Shown piece by piece: positions 29,591 to 37,918 of a DNA stretch of 64,000 nucleotides. The position numbers were made by a program, and so were the translations under genes. Origin of the DNA: Methanobacteriota archaeon (GTDB taxonomy: Archaea > Thermoplasmatota > Thermoplasmata > SG8-5 > DAIRED01). The first letter of the stretch is position 1, and each line of letters opens with the position of its first letter. The notes beneath the pieces are model-generated. The model was given only the letters and a program-made list of their open reading frames with translations. It made no database searches and was not told where the DNA came from. Location of the stretch: contig JAZDNO010000027.1 of the NCBI GenBank assembly GCA_043799545.1, positions 39,175-103,174 of the forward strand. Reading direction: 5' to 3'.

Positions 29591-30400
29591 TTATAGGGCT
29601 AGCTCCGCCACCATCACCACAGCCACCAGGACTGTCAGCGCCAGAAACGCCATCTTTATCTGCTTCCCCGTCAGCTTCGCGATGCCTGCCCTCGTCCCCA
29701 TGAACGCGCCCGCGAAGGCCACGGGGGCCAAGACCGCGACGTAGAGCCACACGTCCGACTCGAGCTGGCCCGAGCCCCCGACGAAGTATATCGCAATTCC
29801 GATGGCCGTCGTCGGCACGATTGTCGCGGCGGACGTCCCGACCGCGAGCTTGACGTGCCTGCACAGGATGTAGACGAGGGTGGGCACCATGATTGCCCCT
29901 CCGCCGATGCCGAAGGCGCCCGAAAGGAAGCCCGCGAAGACGGCGGCGCCGATCGCCGCACCGATGTACTGGGTGCACATCTTCGAATCGTCATCGCAGT
30001 CCGGTCGGATGCTCATGTAAAGGTCGAAGGCCATCCACATGCACAGCCCTAAGACCACCGCGAGGAACAGCCACCTGAAAGTATCCTCCCCGATGCTGAG
30101 GTTGAAGAATGTCCCGGCGACCGCGCCTGTGCACGAGCCGGCTGAGAGGTACCCCACGAGCCTGTAATCGATGTTGCGCGCCTTTCCGTGCTGGTATAGG
30201 GCGGCAAGCGCGCCGGCGAGGACCAAAACGAGGGACGCCGCCACGGCAGATTCCTTGCCCAGCCCCCCGATGATTATCAGGGCCGGCACGAACATCAGGC
30301 CGCCGCCCAGGCCGAGGTTGGAGTAGACCGCGGCGATTGCGAAAGCGACGACGACGAGCAACGCTATCGTTAGGAGCACGAGGCCGAATCGCTCTCGCAC
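29591..30400 (-). CDS. Sulfite exporter TauE/SafE family membrane protein
   Basis: Two repeats of G.GGG...VP motif (LGLGGGLMFVP; FGIGGGAIMVP), AVGTS; about 8 TM. Confidence 0.92.
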   Translation of the reverse strand: MRERFGLVLLTIALLVVVAFAIAAVYSNLGLGGGLMFVPALIIIGGLGKESAVAASLVLVLAGALAALYQHGKARNIDYRLVGYLSAGSCTGAVAGTFFNLSIGEDTFRWLFLAVVLGLCMWMAFDLYMSIRPDCDDDSKMCTQYIGAAIGAAVFAGFLSGAFGIGGGAIMVPTLVYILCRHVKLAVGTSAATIVPTTAIGIAIYFVGGSGQLESDVWLYVAVLAPVAFAGAFMGTRAGIAKLTGKQIKMAFLALTVLVAVVMVAELAL

Positions 30401-30418
30401 TATTTCAACCTGAGGGAC

Positions 30419-31639
30419 TCATACGGGTGGTGCGACGACTGGCTCGCAGTTCTTTGAGCACACTAAAAATAGTGCGGCGCGCTCCGGCACTTCCAGTTCC
30501 TTTCCGGTCGCGATTGTGTATCCCTCACCCGCGAGTTCGAAACTGGCATCCTTCAATCCCCTGAGCTTGACTGGCGCGTCGGTCAGCGTGGTGGGGATGG
30601 CGTCCGTGAACGGGTCGAACGACTTCAGCTCGTCGATCTTCATCGGCAACGAAACGAATCCGGTCTTGGCGTGGAGCGAGCCGGGGAGGCGTATCAGGCG
30701 CTTGATGTCGCTGGTGACGGGCTCGTCGGCCTCGCCCTCCAGCTCGACCTTGACCTTCTGCTGGACGAGCTTCACGAATGCGTTCAGGAGGCGCTCGTCG
30801 GAGAATACCTCGATGCGGTTCTCTGAGAGCATGCGGTCCATTCCGCGCGAGCCTGGCTTGCCCTCGAAGAGCTCGGCGTAAAGGCCCTCGGCGGTCTTTG
30901 CGCCTATGCCCTCCACGCTTGAGAGGTACTTGAGCGCGGCAGGGCGCTCCATGGCCCCTATGTCATCTCCAAGGATTTTCATACCGCCCAACAGCTTACC
31001 GCGCCAGCCCCCCGATGCCCTGGCAGGCAGCTGCCTGCGGTACTTCACGCTCACGTGGCCGCGGAATTTTTTTGTCTGGAAAGGTTCCTTCGGCATCACC
31101 CAATCGAAATCCAGCCCCTTCCCGGAGATGTAGTCCACTACCTCGCGCCTCTCGTGGCTCCCGAGTTTCCTCACCCTTTCGTCCGTGACGTGGGCGTGGT
31201 AGCCCCGACCTCCGGAGAAGACGACCTCGACTTTGTCGGGCTCGAAGCCGAAGTCCCCGAGTATGAAGCTCTCCAGAAGCTTTGTGAACTCGCGCTTGAC
31301 TGCGAGGAGCATCTCGGGAAATGTCATCCCCTCCGCACCGTGGATGTGGTCCGCGTCCAAATCGAATATCAGGTCCGCGCCCAGCCATCCCTTCCTGTCC
31401 ATCGTCGGCCCGGACGGGTCCTTGTAATACGCCGTTGAATAATAGGAGTTTGCCGGCACCCTGTCCGCGAGGAAGCGCCTCATCCCCGCCTCGTCCCTGA
31501 AGCCCATGTGGCGCCACATCCCCTTCTTGCCCGAGAAGATGAAGGCGAACTCGCGCCTCTCAATCTCTGCGGGGGCAGGCAACCGGGCGCGCTGGTAATA
31601 GTCTCTGAATCGCGGCTGGGCGAAATCCCAAGGCTCCAT
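30419..31639 (-). CDS. priS: DNA primase catalytic (small) subunit
   Basis: RREFAF, YYSTAYY..P, WLGADLIFDLDAD, FSGGRGYH, D.PVTSDIKRLIRLPGSLH.KTG; start set to ATG 31639. Confidence 0.96.
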   Translation of the reverse strand: MEPWDFAQPRFRDYYQRARLPAPAEIERREFAFIFSGKKGMWRHMGFRDEAGMRRFLADRVPANSYYSTAYYKDPSGPTMDRKGWLGADLIFDLDADHIHGAEGMTFPEMLLAVKREFTKLLESFILGDFGFEPDKVEVVFSGGRGYHAHVTDERVRKLGSHERREVVDYISGKGLDFDWVMPKEPFQTKKFRGHVSVKYRRQLPARASGGWRGKLLGGMKILGDDIGAMERPAALKYLSSVEGIGAKTAEGLYAELFEGKPGSRGMDRMLSENRIEVFSDERLLNAFVKLVQQKVKVELEGEADEPVTSDIKRLIRLPGSLHAKTGFVSLPMKIDELKSFDPFTDAIPTTLTDAPVKLRGLKDASFELAGEGYTIATGKELEVPERAALFLVCSKNCEPVVAPPV

Positions 31640-31726
31640 TGCAATCAGTAAGCCCCGGTGCGAATAAAACACTTGCCATGGGAAGGGTTAATTATCGGCT
31701 GGGGTTTCTACCCCCAAGGTGCTCGA

Positions 31727-32650
31727 ATGAAGCGCGACCTCGTCTCGATACTGGACCTGGAAGGGGAGCTGGAAGACGTCATAGACCTGGCCATCAGGAT
31801 GAAGGCCCAGACGAGGAAGGGCAAGTGCCCCCAGCACCTCGCGGGCAAGGTCGTGGCCATGATTTTCGAGAAGCCCTCGCTGCGCACGCGCGTGTCGTTC
31901 GAGGTGGGCACGAAGCAGCTCGGAGGGCAGGCGCTCTACCTATCGCCCAGCGAGATACAGGTCGGAAAGCGCGAGTCGGTGCACGACGTCGCGAAGGTCA
32001 TGTCGCGCTTCGCGGACATCATCATGTACAGAGCTTTCGACTATAAAATTATGAAGGAGCTGGCCAAGCACGCTGACGTGCCGGTCATCAACGGCCTCGA
32101 CAACCTGGAGCATCCCTGCCAGATAGCCGCAGACCTCATGACCGTGAAGGAGCACAGGGGGAAGCTGAGGGGGCTGAAGCTCGCCTGGATTGGGGATGGA
32201 AACAACGTCTGCAACTCGCTCCTGCTGGCAACCGCGATGGTCGGAATGGACATGAGCGTCGCGACGCCGACGGGCTACGAGCCCAACGCCGGGGTCGTGA
32301 AGGATGCAAAGCGCCTTGCCAAAAAAAGCCGCACGACCGTCACCCTCACCAACGATGTCAGAGCCGCGGCGAAGGGCGCCGGCGTCCTCGTCACAGACAC
32401 CTGGGTCTCGATGGGAGAAGAAGCCGAGAAGGCCAAGAAGGAGGCTATTTTCAAGGACTTCCAGATAAACAAAAAACTTCTCTCAGTCGCCGACAAGAAA
32501 TGCCTGGTGCTCCACTGCCTCCCGGCGCACCGCGGCCAGGAGATAACGGACGAAGTCATGGACGGCCCGCACTCGGTCGTCTTCGACGAGGCGGAGAACC
32601 GCCTGCACGCGCAGAAGGCGATAATGGTCAGGCTGCTGGGCAAGGCGTGA
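31727..32650 (+). CDS. argF: Ornithine carbamoyltransferase
   Basis: FEKPSLRTRVSF, HPCQ, WIGDGNNV, TDTWVSMG, HCLPAHRG, EAENRLH; start ATG 31727. Confidence 0.96.
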   Translation: MKRDLVSILDLEGELEDVIDLAIRMKAQTRKGKCPQHLAGKVVAMIFEKPSLRTRVSFEVGTKQLGGQALYLSPSEIQVGKRESVHDVAKVMSRFADIIMYRAFDYKIMKELAKHADVPVINGLDNLEHPCQIAADLMTVKEHRGKLRGLKLAWIGDGNNVCNSLLLATAMVGMDMSVATPTGYEPNAGVVKDAKRLAKKSRTTVTLTNDVRAAAKGAGVLVTDTWVSMGEEAEKAKKEAIFKDFQINKKLLSVADKKCLVLHCLPAHRGQEITDEVMDGPHSVVFDEAENRLHAQKAIMVRLLGKA

Positions 32651-32652
32651 AC

Positions 32653-33144
32653 CTATCCCTCTATGCTCACCTGAGAGCCGATGACGATTCCGTTGGCTGC
32701 GCAAACGCCTATGTTCAATTCGACAACTAATTTAATCATTCCTGGGCTCTCGTATCGCGTCAAATTCTCATCGGGAATCCCCAGCTCTGTTGGTGCTTCG
32801 TAAATCGCTCCGATGGTGTAATTGGCCCATATGAAAATTATATCCAGCGGAATAAGCGTGTCCTTCATCCAGAAAGACTGGTGTGTCGGTTCTGGAAAGT
32901 AGAAAATCATGCCTCGGTTCTCCGCCAACACCTCTCGCCCTGAAAGACCGGTAGTCCATTCCGCCGGTGTGTCCGCCACTTCGCAGGCGAACTGAGTATA
33001 ACCCTGACCTGTCCCAAAAAATACGCGGGAACCGACTCTGGGTTCACTCATCGGCACCCCGTACCAATAGAACAAACTGTAGATGGCTAATGAGATTAAT
33101 GTCAAAACGACAACTACCGCGATGATTGCGTGCTTCCGGTTCAT
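32653..33144 (-). CDS. DUF192 domain-containing secreted/membrane-anchored protein
   Basis: N-terminal TM; EVADT......GL..R......GM.F.F.....SFWMKDT.IPLDIIF. Confidence 0.9.
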   Translation of the reverse strand: MNRKHAIIAVVVVLTLISLAIYSLFYWYGVPMSEPRVGSRVFFGTGQGYTQFACEVADTPAEWTTGLSGREVLAENRGMIFYFPEPTHQSFWMKDTLIPLDIIFIWANYTIGAIYEAPTELGIPDENLTRYESPGMIKLVVELNIGVCAANGIVIGSQVSIEG

Positions 33145-33147
33145 GCC

Positions 33148-33966
33148 TCATCCGCCGTTGTGGATGCGCTCTATGAGGGCGCGCCTCTGCGCCTTGTTCC
33201 GTACCGCATCCTGCTGGCCCTTGAACTCCTTCTCCGCGTCGGCGAGGCCGTCCACGAATCTGATTAGCTGCTCCGTCGACGGCCGGCGCACGTCCAGCCC
33301 AGCGGCGAGGCTCTGCTTCCGCACGACGGCCATGGCGAACTCCTGGTCCTGGCCGTAGCTCTCGCAGAAATGAACCATTATCTCGTCGAAGGCCTGCGCG
33401 GGCGTCAGGAGCTTGCTCTCGGGCGCCTTGTCGGGCCTGACCTTCTGCGAAAGCAGGGAGACTGCCAGCGCCTTGAAGGCGTGCTCGACGTTCTCGCCGG
33501 TCTTGGCGCTCGTCAGGTAGCACGGGCTGTCGAACGCGAAGGCCACCTCGGACATCTCCTTGACGCCAATCTTCGCCTCGGATACCATGTCGCACTTGTT
33601 GCCCATGAAGACCAGCGGGACCTTCCCGGCCACCTTCTCCAGCTCCGGCGCCCAGTACCCCTCGAGGCTGCCCAGGGTGTCGGAGCGGGTGACGTCGCAC
33701 ACGACCAGCGCCCCGGAAGTGCCCCTGAAGCTCATCGTGTGCACCCCCCGGTATTCTTTCTGGCCAAGGACATCCCATATCACGAGGACGAGGTTCGTCT
33801 GCTTGCCCATGTAGGTTATCTGTATCTCCTTCTTCGAGGTCTTGGTGCCGATGGTGGCTATGTACTTGTCGTCGAAAACATCGTGCACGAACTTGCGAAT
33901 GAGCGACGTCTTGCCGACCGCGCTGTCGCCGAGCAGGCATATCTTCTTGACCACCTTGTTCTGCAC
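33148..33966 (-). CDS. Rab-like small GTPase with C-terminal helical extension
   Basis: G1 GDSAVGKTS, G2 YIATIG, G3 WDVLGQ, G4 NKCD, G5 TSAK; about 85-aa extra C-terminal domain. Confidence 0.92.
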   Translation of the reverse strand: MQNKVVKKICLLGDSAVGKTSLIRKFVHDVFDDKYIATIGTKTSKKEIQITYMGKQTNLVLVIWDVLGQKEYRGVHTMSFRGTSGALVVCDVTRSDTLGSLEGYWAPELEKVAGKVPLVFMGNKCDMVSEAKIGVKEMSEVAFAFDSPCYLTSAKTGENVEHAFKALAVSLLSQKVRPDKAPESKLLTPAQAFDEIMVHFCESYGQDQEFAMAVVRKQSLAAGLDVRRPSTEQLIRFVDGLADAEKEFKGQQDAVRNKAQRRALIERIHNGG

Positions 33967-34515
33967 CTAGCGGACCCCCCTGGACTGGCGCTGGACGATC
34001 GCCGCGCCCATGGCTTGGAAGGCCTCCGCCACGTTCTCGCCCGTCTTGGCGCTCGTGAAGTGCCAGGACAGCGTCTTGTGCTTCTTGGATTTTAATTCCA
34101 GATCGGACTCGGAGACCTGCAAGTGCGAGGTAAGGTCTGACTTGTTCGCTAGTATCACCAGGGGTATCTCCCCCGCGACCTGCCGGACCGAGTCCACCCA
34201 ACCGTCGAGCGCCGTCAGCGTGTCGTGCCGTGTTGCGTCGCAGACCGCGATGATTCCCGAGGCCCCGTGGAAGTAAGAGTCCTGCAGCAGGGTCCGGAAG
34301 CTGCTCTGACCCATGATGTCCCAAATCATCATGTCTATGTAAACCGACACGCCAGCGTTTTCAAAAGTTAGCGGCTTCTTGCAAACCTTCGTGCCGATAG
34401 TTGATATATATTTATCCTCGAAAGAGTTCAGCACGAACTTGCGAATGAGCGACGTCTTGCCGACCGCGCTCTCCCCCACGAGGCAAACCTTCGATTTCAG
34501 CGTCAACCTGGGCAA
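33967..34515 (-). CDS. Rab-like small GTPase
   Basis: G1 GESAVGKTS, G2 YISTIG, G3 WDIMGQ, G4 NKSD, G5 TSAK; TTG start behind GGTGA RBS. Confidence 0.92.
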   Translation of the reverse strand: MPRLTLKSKVCLVGESAVGKTSLIRKFVLNSFEDKYISTIGTKVCKKPLTFENAGVSVYIDMMIWDIMGQSSFRTLLQDSYFHGASGIIAVCDATRHDTLTALDGWVDSVRQVAGEIPLVILANKSDLTSHLQVSESDLELKSKKHKTLSWHFTSAKTGENVAEAFQAMGAAIVQRQSRGVR

Positions 34516-34608
34516 TCTCTCACCATCTCTAAGAAGCCTTAGCCGATATTAATACTTATCAGCGCGGGCCAGCCATAATGCGGACCTTGGCGGCTCCTGG
34601 CGCTGGGC

Positions 34609-35322
34609 TCACATCTTGCCGTCGGCGATGACCCGCGTCGCCCTGAACATCCCCTTGTCGAAGAGCAGCGTGAAGTAGTCGTTGCTGTGCGAAGTCGAGC
34701 GCATCTTGACGCACCGGATGTGGCGCTGGACGCTGGCCTCTCCGACCTCGCGCATCCGAAGATGGACAATACCGTCGGCGAGGAAGTCCTCGTCGTACTT
34801 TGCATATGCGCGCGAATCGGGGTTCATCTCCGAAATCAGGATGGTCGTCACGCCCATGTCCCTCAGCCATTCGAAGAGCTGGAAGAGCTCCTCGCGCGGG
34901 TCCTTGAACTTGGCCAGTATCTCCAGTACGGGCAGCGAATCTATGACGAGCACGTCGTACTTCGTGGCCTCGCGCAGGCTCTTCACGTACATCTTGAACA
35001 CCTGCATCCAGCTCTGCTCCTTCAGCTGCGTCAGGCGCTTGCGTATGAGCCCTATGTCGAGTATCTCGACCTTGTCCCTCACGTCCGCCGGGTCCCACCC
35101 CATCCCCTTCACGTGCTTGGAGAGGCTGGCCGTGCTCTGCTCCAGCGTGACGTACAGCCCGTTGAGGCCGTCCTTCTTCGCGCAGTTGTGCAGCATGTTG
35201 AACGCGATGGACGACTTTAAAGTCCCAGGCTCCCCAACCAGCAGCACTACGCTGCCGCCGGGTATGCCGCCGCCTATCCGCTCGTCAAAGCCGTCTATAT
35301 ACGTCTTCACCCTGTCAATCAT
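34609..35322 (-). CDS. Single-domain KaiC-like / RAD55-family ATPase
   Basis: T.I.GFD..IGGGIP.GS, Walker A GEPGTLKS, YVTLEQ, VLVIDSL, FLADGIV, R.IRCVKMR; start set to ATG 35322. Confidence 0.92.
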   Translation of the reverse strand: MIDRVKTYIDGFDERIGGGIPGGSVVLLVGEPGTLKSSIAFNMLHNCAKKDGLNGLYVTLEQSTASLSKHVKGMGWDPADVRDKVEILDIGLIRKRLTQLKEQSWMQVFKMYVKSLREATKYDVLVIDSLPVLEILAKFKDPREELFQLFEWLRDMGVTTILISEMNPDSRAYAKYDEDFLADGIVHLRMREVGEASVQRHIRCVKMRSTSHSNDYFTLLFDKGMFRATRVIADGKM

Positions 35323-35409
35323 CCGTATCCCCGTGCGTAGAACGCCCACGGCGCATAAAAAGGTTGTGAGAGCCCAACCTATTTATCAAGCGATGCTGGT
35401 TGCGGGGTC

Positions 35410-35979
35410 GTGCAGAAACGGCGATGCCATTGGGCCAGGGGAGACGCTTTCTACGTCAGGTACCACGACGAGGAATGGGGGGTTCCGCTGCACGACGACA
35501 AGCAGCTTTTCGAGTTCCTTGTTCTCGAAGGTTTTCAGGCGGGACTGAGCTGGCATTGCGTCCTAAAAAAGCGGGAAAATTTCAGAAAGGCGTTCGATGG
35601 CTTCGACGCCGAGAAGGTCGCGAGGTACGGCGAAGGAAAGATCGCCAGCCTGATGCGCGACGCCGGCATCATCCGCAACCGCCAGAAAATCGAGGCGACC
35701 GTGGCCAACGCCCGGGCGTTCCTCACGGTGCGCGAGGAATTCGGGAGCTTCGACAAATACATCTGGGGATTCGTGAACGGCAAGCCGGTCGTGAACCAAT
35801 GGAAGGTCGGCACAGACACACCAGCCAAGACCGCTCTGGCCGAGAAAATCAGTGCGGACCTTAAAAAGCGCGGCTTCAAATTTGTGGGACCGACTGTCGT
35901 GTATTCCCATATGCAAGCGACGGGAATGGTGAACGACCACCTAATCAGTTGTTACAGATGGAAGGAGGTTCAAGAATGA
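35410..35979 (+). CDS. tag: DNA-3-methyladenine glycosylase I
   Basis: RC.W......YHDEEWG.P, LFE.L.LEGFQAGLSW, GIIRNR.KI, GF.FVGPT..YS.MQA.G.VNDH...C. Confidence 0.97.
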   Translation: MQKRRCHWARGDAFYVRYHDEEWGVPLHDDKQLFEFLVLEGFQAGLSWHCVLKKRENFRKAFDGFDAEKVARYGEGKIASLMRDAGIIRNRQKIEATVANARAFLTVREEFGSFDKYIWGFVNGKPVVNQWKVGTDTPAKTALAEKISADLKKRGFKFVGPTVVYSHMQATGMVNDHLISCYRWKEVQE

Positions 35980-36383
35980 AAGCGGAATTAATCGCCCCCT
36001 GCGGCATGAACTGCAACGTGTGCAGGGCAGTTCTGGACAAGTCGGGAAAGGTCAAACAATGCACGGGCTGCAGGCCGCGCGGCAAAGGCTGCCTATATTA
36101 TGGGGGCATGTGTGAGATGCTGCGTGAGGAGGAGATACGGTTCTGCCACACGTGCGGCGATTTCCCGTGCGAGAAATTAAAACAACTGGACAAACGGTAC
36201 CGCACCGGCTACGAGTACGGTTTCATAGAAGCCCTCGAGTTCATCCGCGACAAGGGCATGAGGGCGCACCTGGCCAAGGAAAAAAAGTTATGGAAATGCC
36301 CTGAATGCGGCGGGCTGGTGTGCATCCACGACCGAAAATGCTACGGCTGTGGGAAGGGCGGCAAAACCAAATCCAAGCGCTGA
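35976..36383 (+). CDS. DUF3795-family Cys-rich protein
   Basis: IAPCG.NC..C, C.GCR, C..C..FPC..L, C..CGG..C.H...C..C. Confidence 0.85.
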   Translation: MKAELIAPCGMNCNVCRAVLDKSGKVKQCTGCRPRGKGCLYYGGMCEMLREEEIRFCHTCGDFPCEKLKQLDKRYRTGYEYGFIEALEFIRDKGMRAHLAKEKKLWKCPECGGLVCIHDRKCYGCGKGGKTKSKR

Positions 36384-36512
36384 ATGGCTCGCAAAATAAT
36401 CGCATAGCACGTAATATGCTGGCCAGTCGGGACCGGGGGCAAGGAAGGCATATTCCGGCCTTGCCCACGGGCCAGACGGGACCGCTGGCTAGCAACAATC
36501 AAAAATCAAAAG

Positions 36513-36617
36513 CGGGCCCGTCGGGATTCGAACCCGAGTCCGAGGCTCCGGAGGCCTCAGTGATATCCATTGTAGCCCGCCGGGGGGTGCCCTGGCGGGT
36601 GGCTACACTACGAGCCC
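36513..36617 (-). tRNA. tRNA-Arg(CCG) with a 31-nt intron in the D-loop (36570-36600)
   Basis: Acceptor GGGCTCG/CGGGCCC; anticodon arm GAGGC-CTCCGGA-GCCTC; GGTTCGAATCC; removing 36570-36600 restores GTGTAGCC|TGGATATCAC and a 74-nt tRNA. Confidence 0.92.
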
Positions 36618-36701
36618 ATCAAACCCCGGAAGCGCTTTGGCTATTTATCTTTCGGGTAGGGCGCAAAATCGCCGGGCGCTGCTTCGCATGCCCCGTGCCC
36701 G

Positions 36702-36887
36702 CTACTCTTTTTTCTTGAACTCCGTGTATCCGCACTTGCCGCAGGAGACGCGGTCCTTGTGCTCGCCCATGAACGTCCCCGGGCCGCACTTGGGGCAGTG
36801 GCGCTTCGTCCTCTCGATCTTCCCGTCCTTGACCTTGAAGATGTCCCGCTTCGACGCAGCCTTCTTCTTCGCCTTTTCCTTTGCCAT
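36702..36887 (-). CDS. rps27ae: 30S ribosomal protein S27ae
   Basis: [22 protein letters not shown]. Confidence 0.97.
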   Translation of the reverse strand: MAKEKAKKKAASKRDIFKVKDGKIERTKRHCPKCGPGTFMGEHKDRVSCGKCGYTEFKKKE

Positions 36888-36899
36888 TAGCGCACCACC

Positions 36900-37220
36900 T
36901 TACTTCTTCTTCTTCTCGTCGGCCTTCGTCTCCTTCTTCTGCGCCAGGCCGTTGCGCACAAGAACGTAATCGCACTCCAGCCTGACAGCCTCGTCCTTTG
37001 ATTTGTAAATCTTGGCGTAGCCGGCGCTCTCCCCCTTGCCGAAGCTTGACTCCATATGGTCCACGACGACCCTGTCCTTCGTGACCTTCAGCAGCTTGGC
37101 CAGCTCCTCGCGGACCTGGTCGCGCTTGGGCGTGGGCTCGGCAACGTGCGCCACAGTGAAGTCCACCTCGACCCTGTTCAGAAGCAGGTTCTCCCGCTTT
37201 CCGTCTATCGCAATCTCCAT
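36900..37220 (-). CDS. rps24e: 30S ribosomal protein S24e
   Basis: N.LL.R.EV.F...H....TP.R..V, FG.GES.GYAKIY. Confidence 0.96.
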   Translation of the reverse strand: MEIAIDGKRENLLLNRVEVDFTVAHVAEPTPKRDQVREELAKLLKVTKDRVVVDHMESSFGKGESAGYAKIYKSKDEAVRLECDYVLVRNGLAQKKETKADEKKKK

Positions 37221-37222
37221 CT

Positions 37223-37732
37223 TTATTCCTCCATCTCCGCGAGGACCGCCCCGACTCTCGCCCTGATGGCGGCCTCCACTGGGATGACCATGACCCCCCT
37301 ATTAGGCACCCCGTATATTACCGTTGTGCCCTCTGGCGCCAGGAAAATGCAGGCCAGCGAAGCGAGGTCTTCCTCCCCGTCGACAACGATGACTGTGCCC
37401 CCTTCGCGGGCATATGATTCCTCTATAGCCACCCACAGCCCGCGCGTGATGGTCTCTGCGGGGTTTTTCACCCTCTCCTCGCGTATTGCGCCAATCCCCG
37501 CGGGCGGGCTCCAAGCCCCCCTTTTCGTCCTGCCATCGACGATGGCGATCTTTGGCAATATCCCTAGTCCCACAATGGTCGAAGTGCAGACGTCGCCGAC
37601 AGAAACCACCGCTTTGGCGCCCGCCAGCGCTCCCGCGAGCTCGTTGGTTTGCAGAATCCTACCGGCTTCCTCGCGCATCTCCCCCCGCATCCGTGTGGGG
37701 AGCCTCAGGTCCTTTTCGCCCAAACGGCGCAT
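37223..37732 (-). CDS. GTP-dependent dephospho-CoA kinase (DUF359)
   Basis: VGDV.T, IVDG.TKR, NP..TIT, V.GEEDL, YG.P..G; conserved position between spt4 and S24e. Confidence 0.92.
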   Translation of the reverse strand: MRRLGEKDLRLPTRMRGEMREEAGRILQTNELAGALAGAKAVVSVGDVCTSTIVGLGILPKIAIVDGRTKRGAWSPPAGIGAIREERVKNPAETITRGLWVAIEESYAREGGTVIVVDGEEDLASLACIFLAPEGTTVIYGVPNRGVMVIPVEAAIRARVGAVLAEMEE

Positions 37733-37918
37733 CTACCGGACCCTCAGGGCGTATTTGCCGTTCTGTGTGACATGCATCTTCTTCGCAATCTCGGACTTGG
37801 ATGCGTCTAGAATCGCCACATAGCCCTGCCATTCCTTGGAGGTCTGGCCGCCGCAGCGGGGGCAGTTCTGCTCCTCGCTCAGGAGGCTGCAAGCCTTGCA
37901 CGCGCGCAGTTCCTTCAT
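37733..37918 (-). CDS. spt4: Transcription elongation factor Spt4 (RpoE'')
   Basis: AC..C......CP.CG...S.EW.G..I.D...S.IA......G.YALRVR. Confidence 0.96.
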   Translation of the reverse strand: MKELRACKACSLLSEEQNCPRCGGQTSKEWQGYVAILDASKSEIAKKMHVTQNGKYALRVR

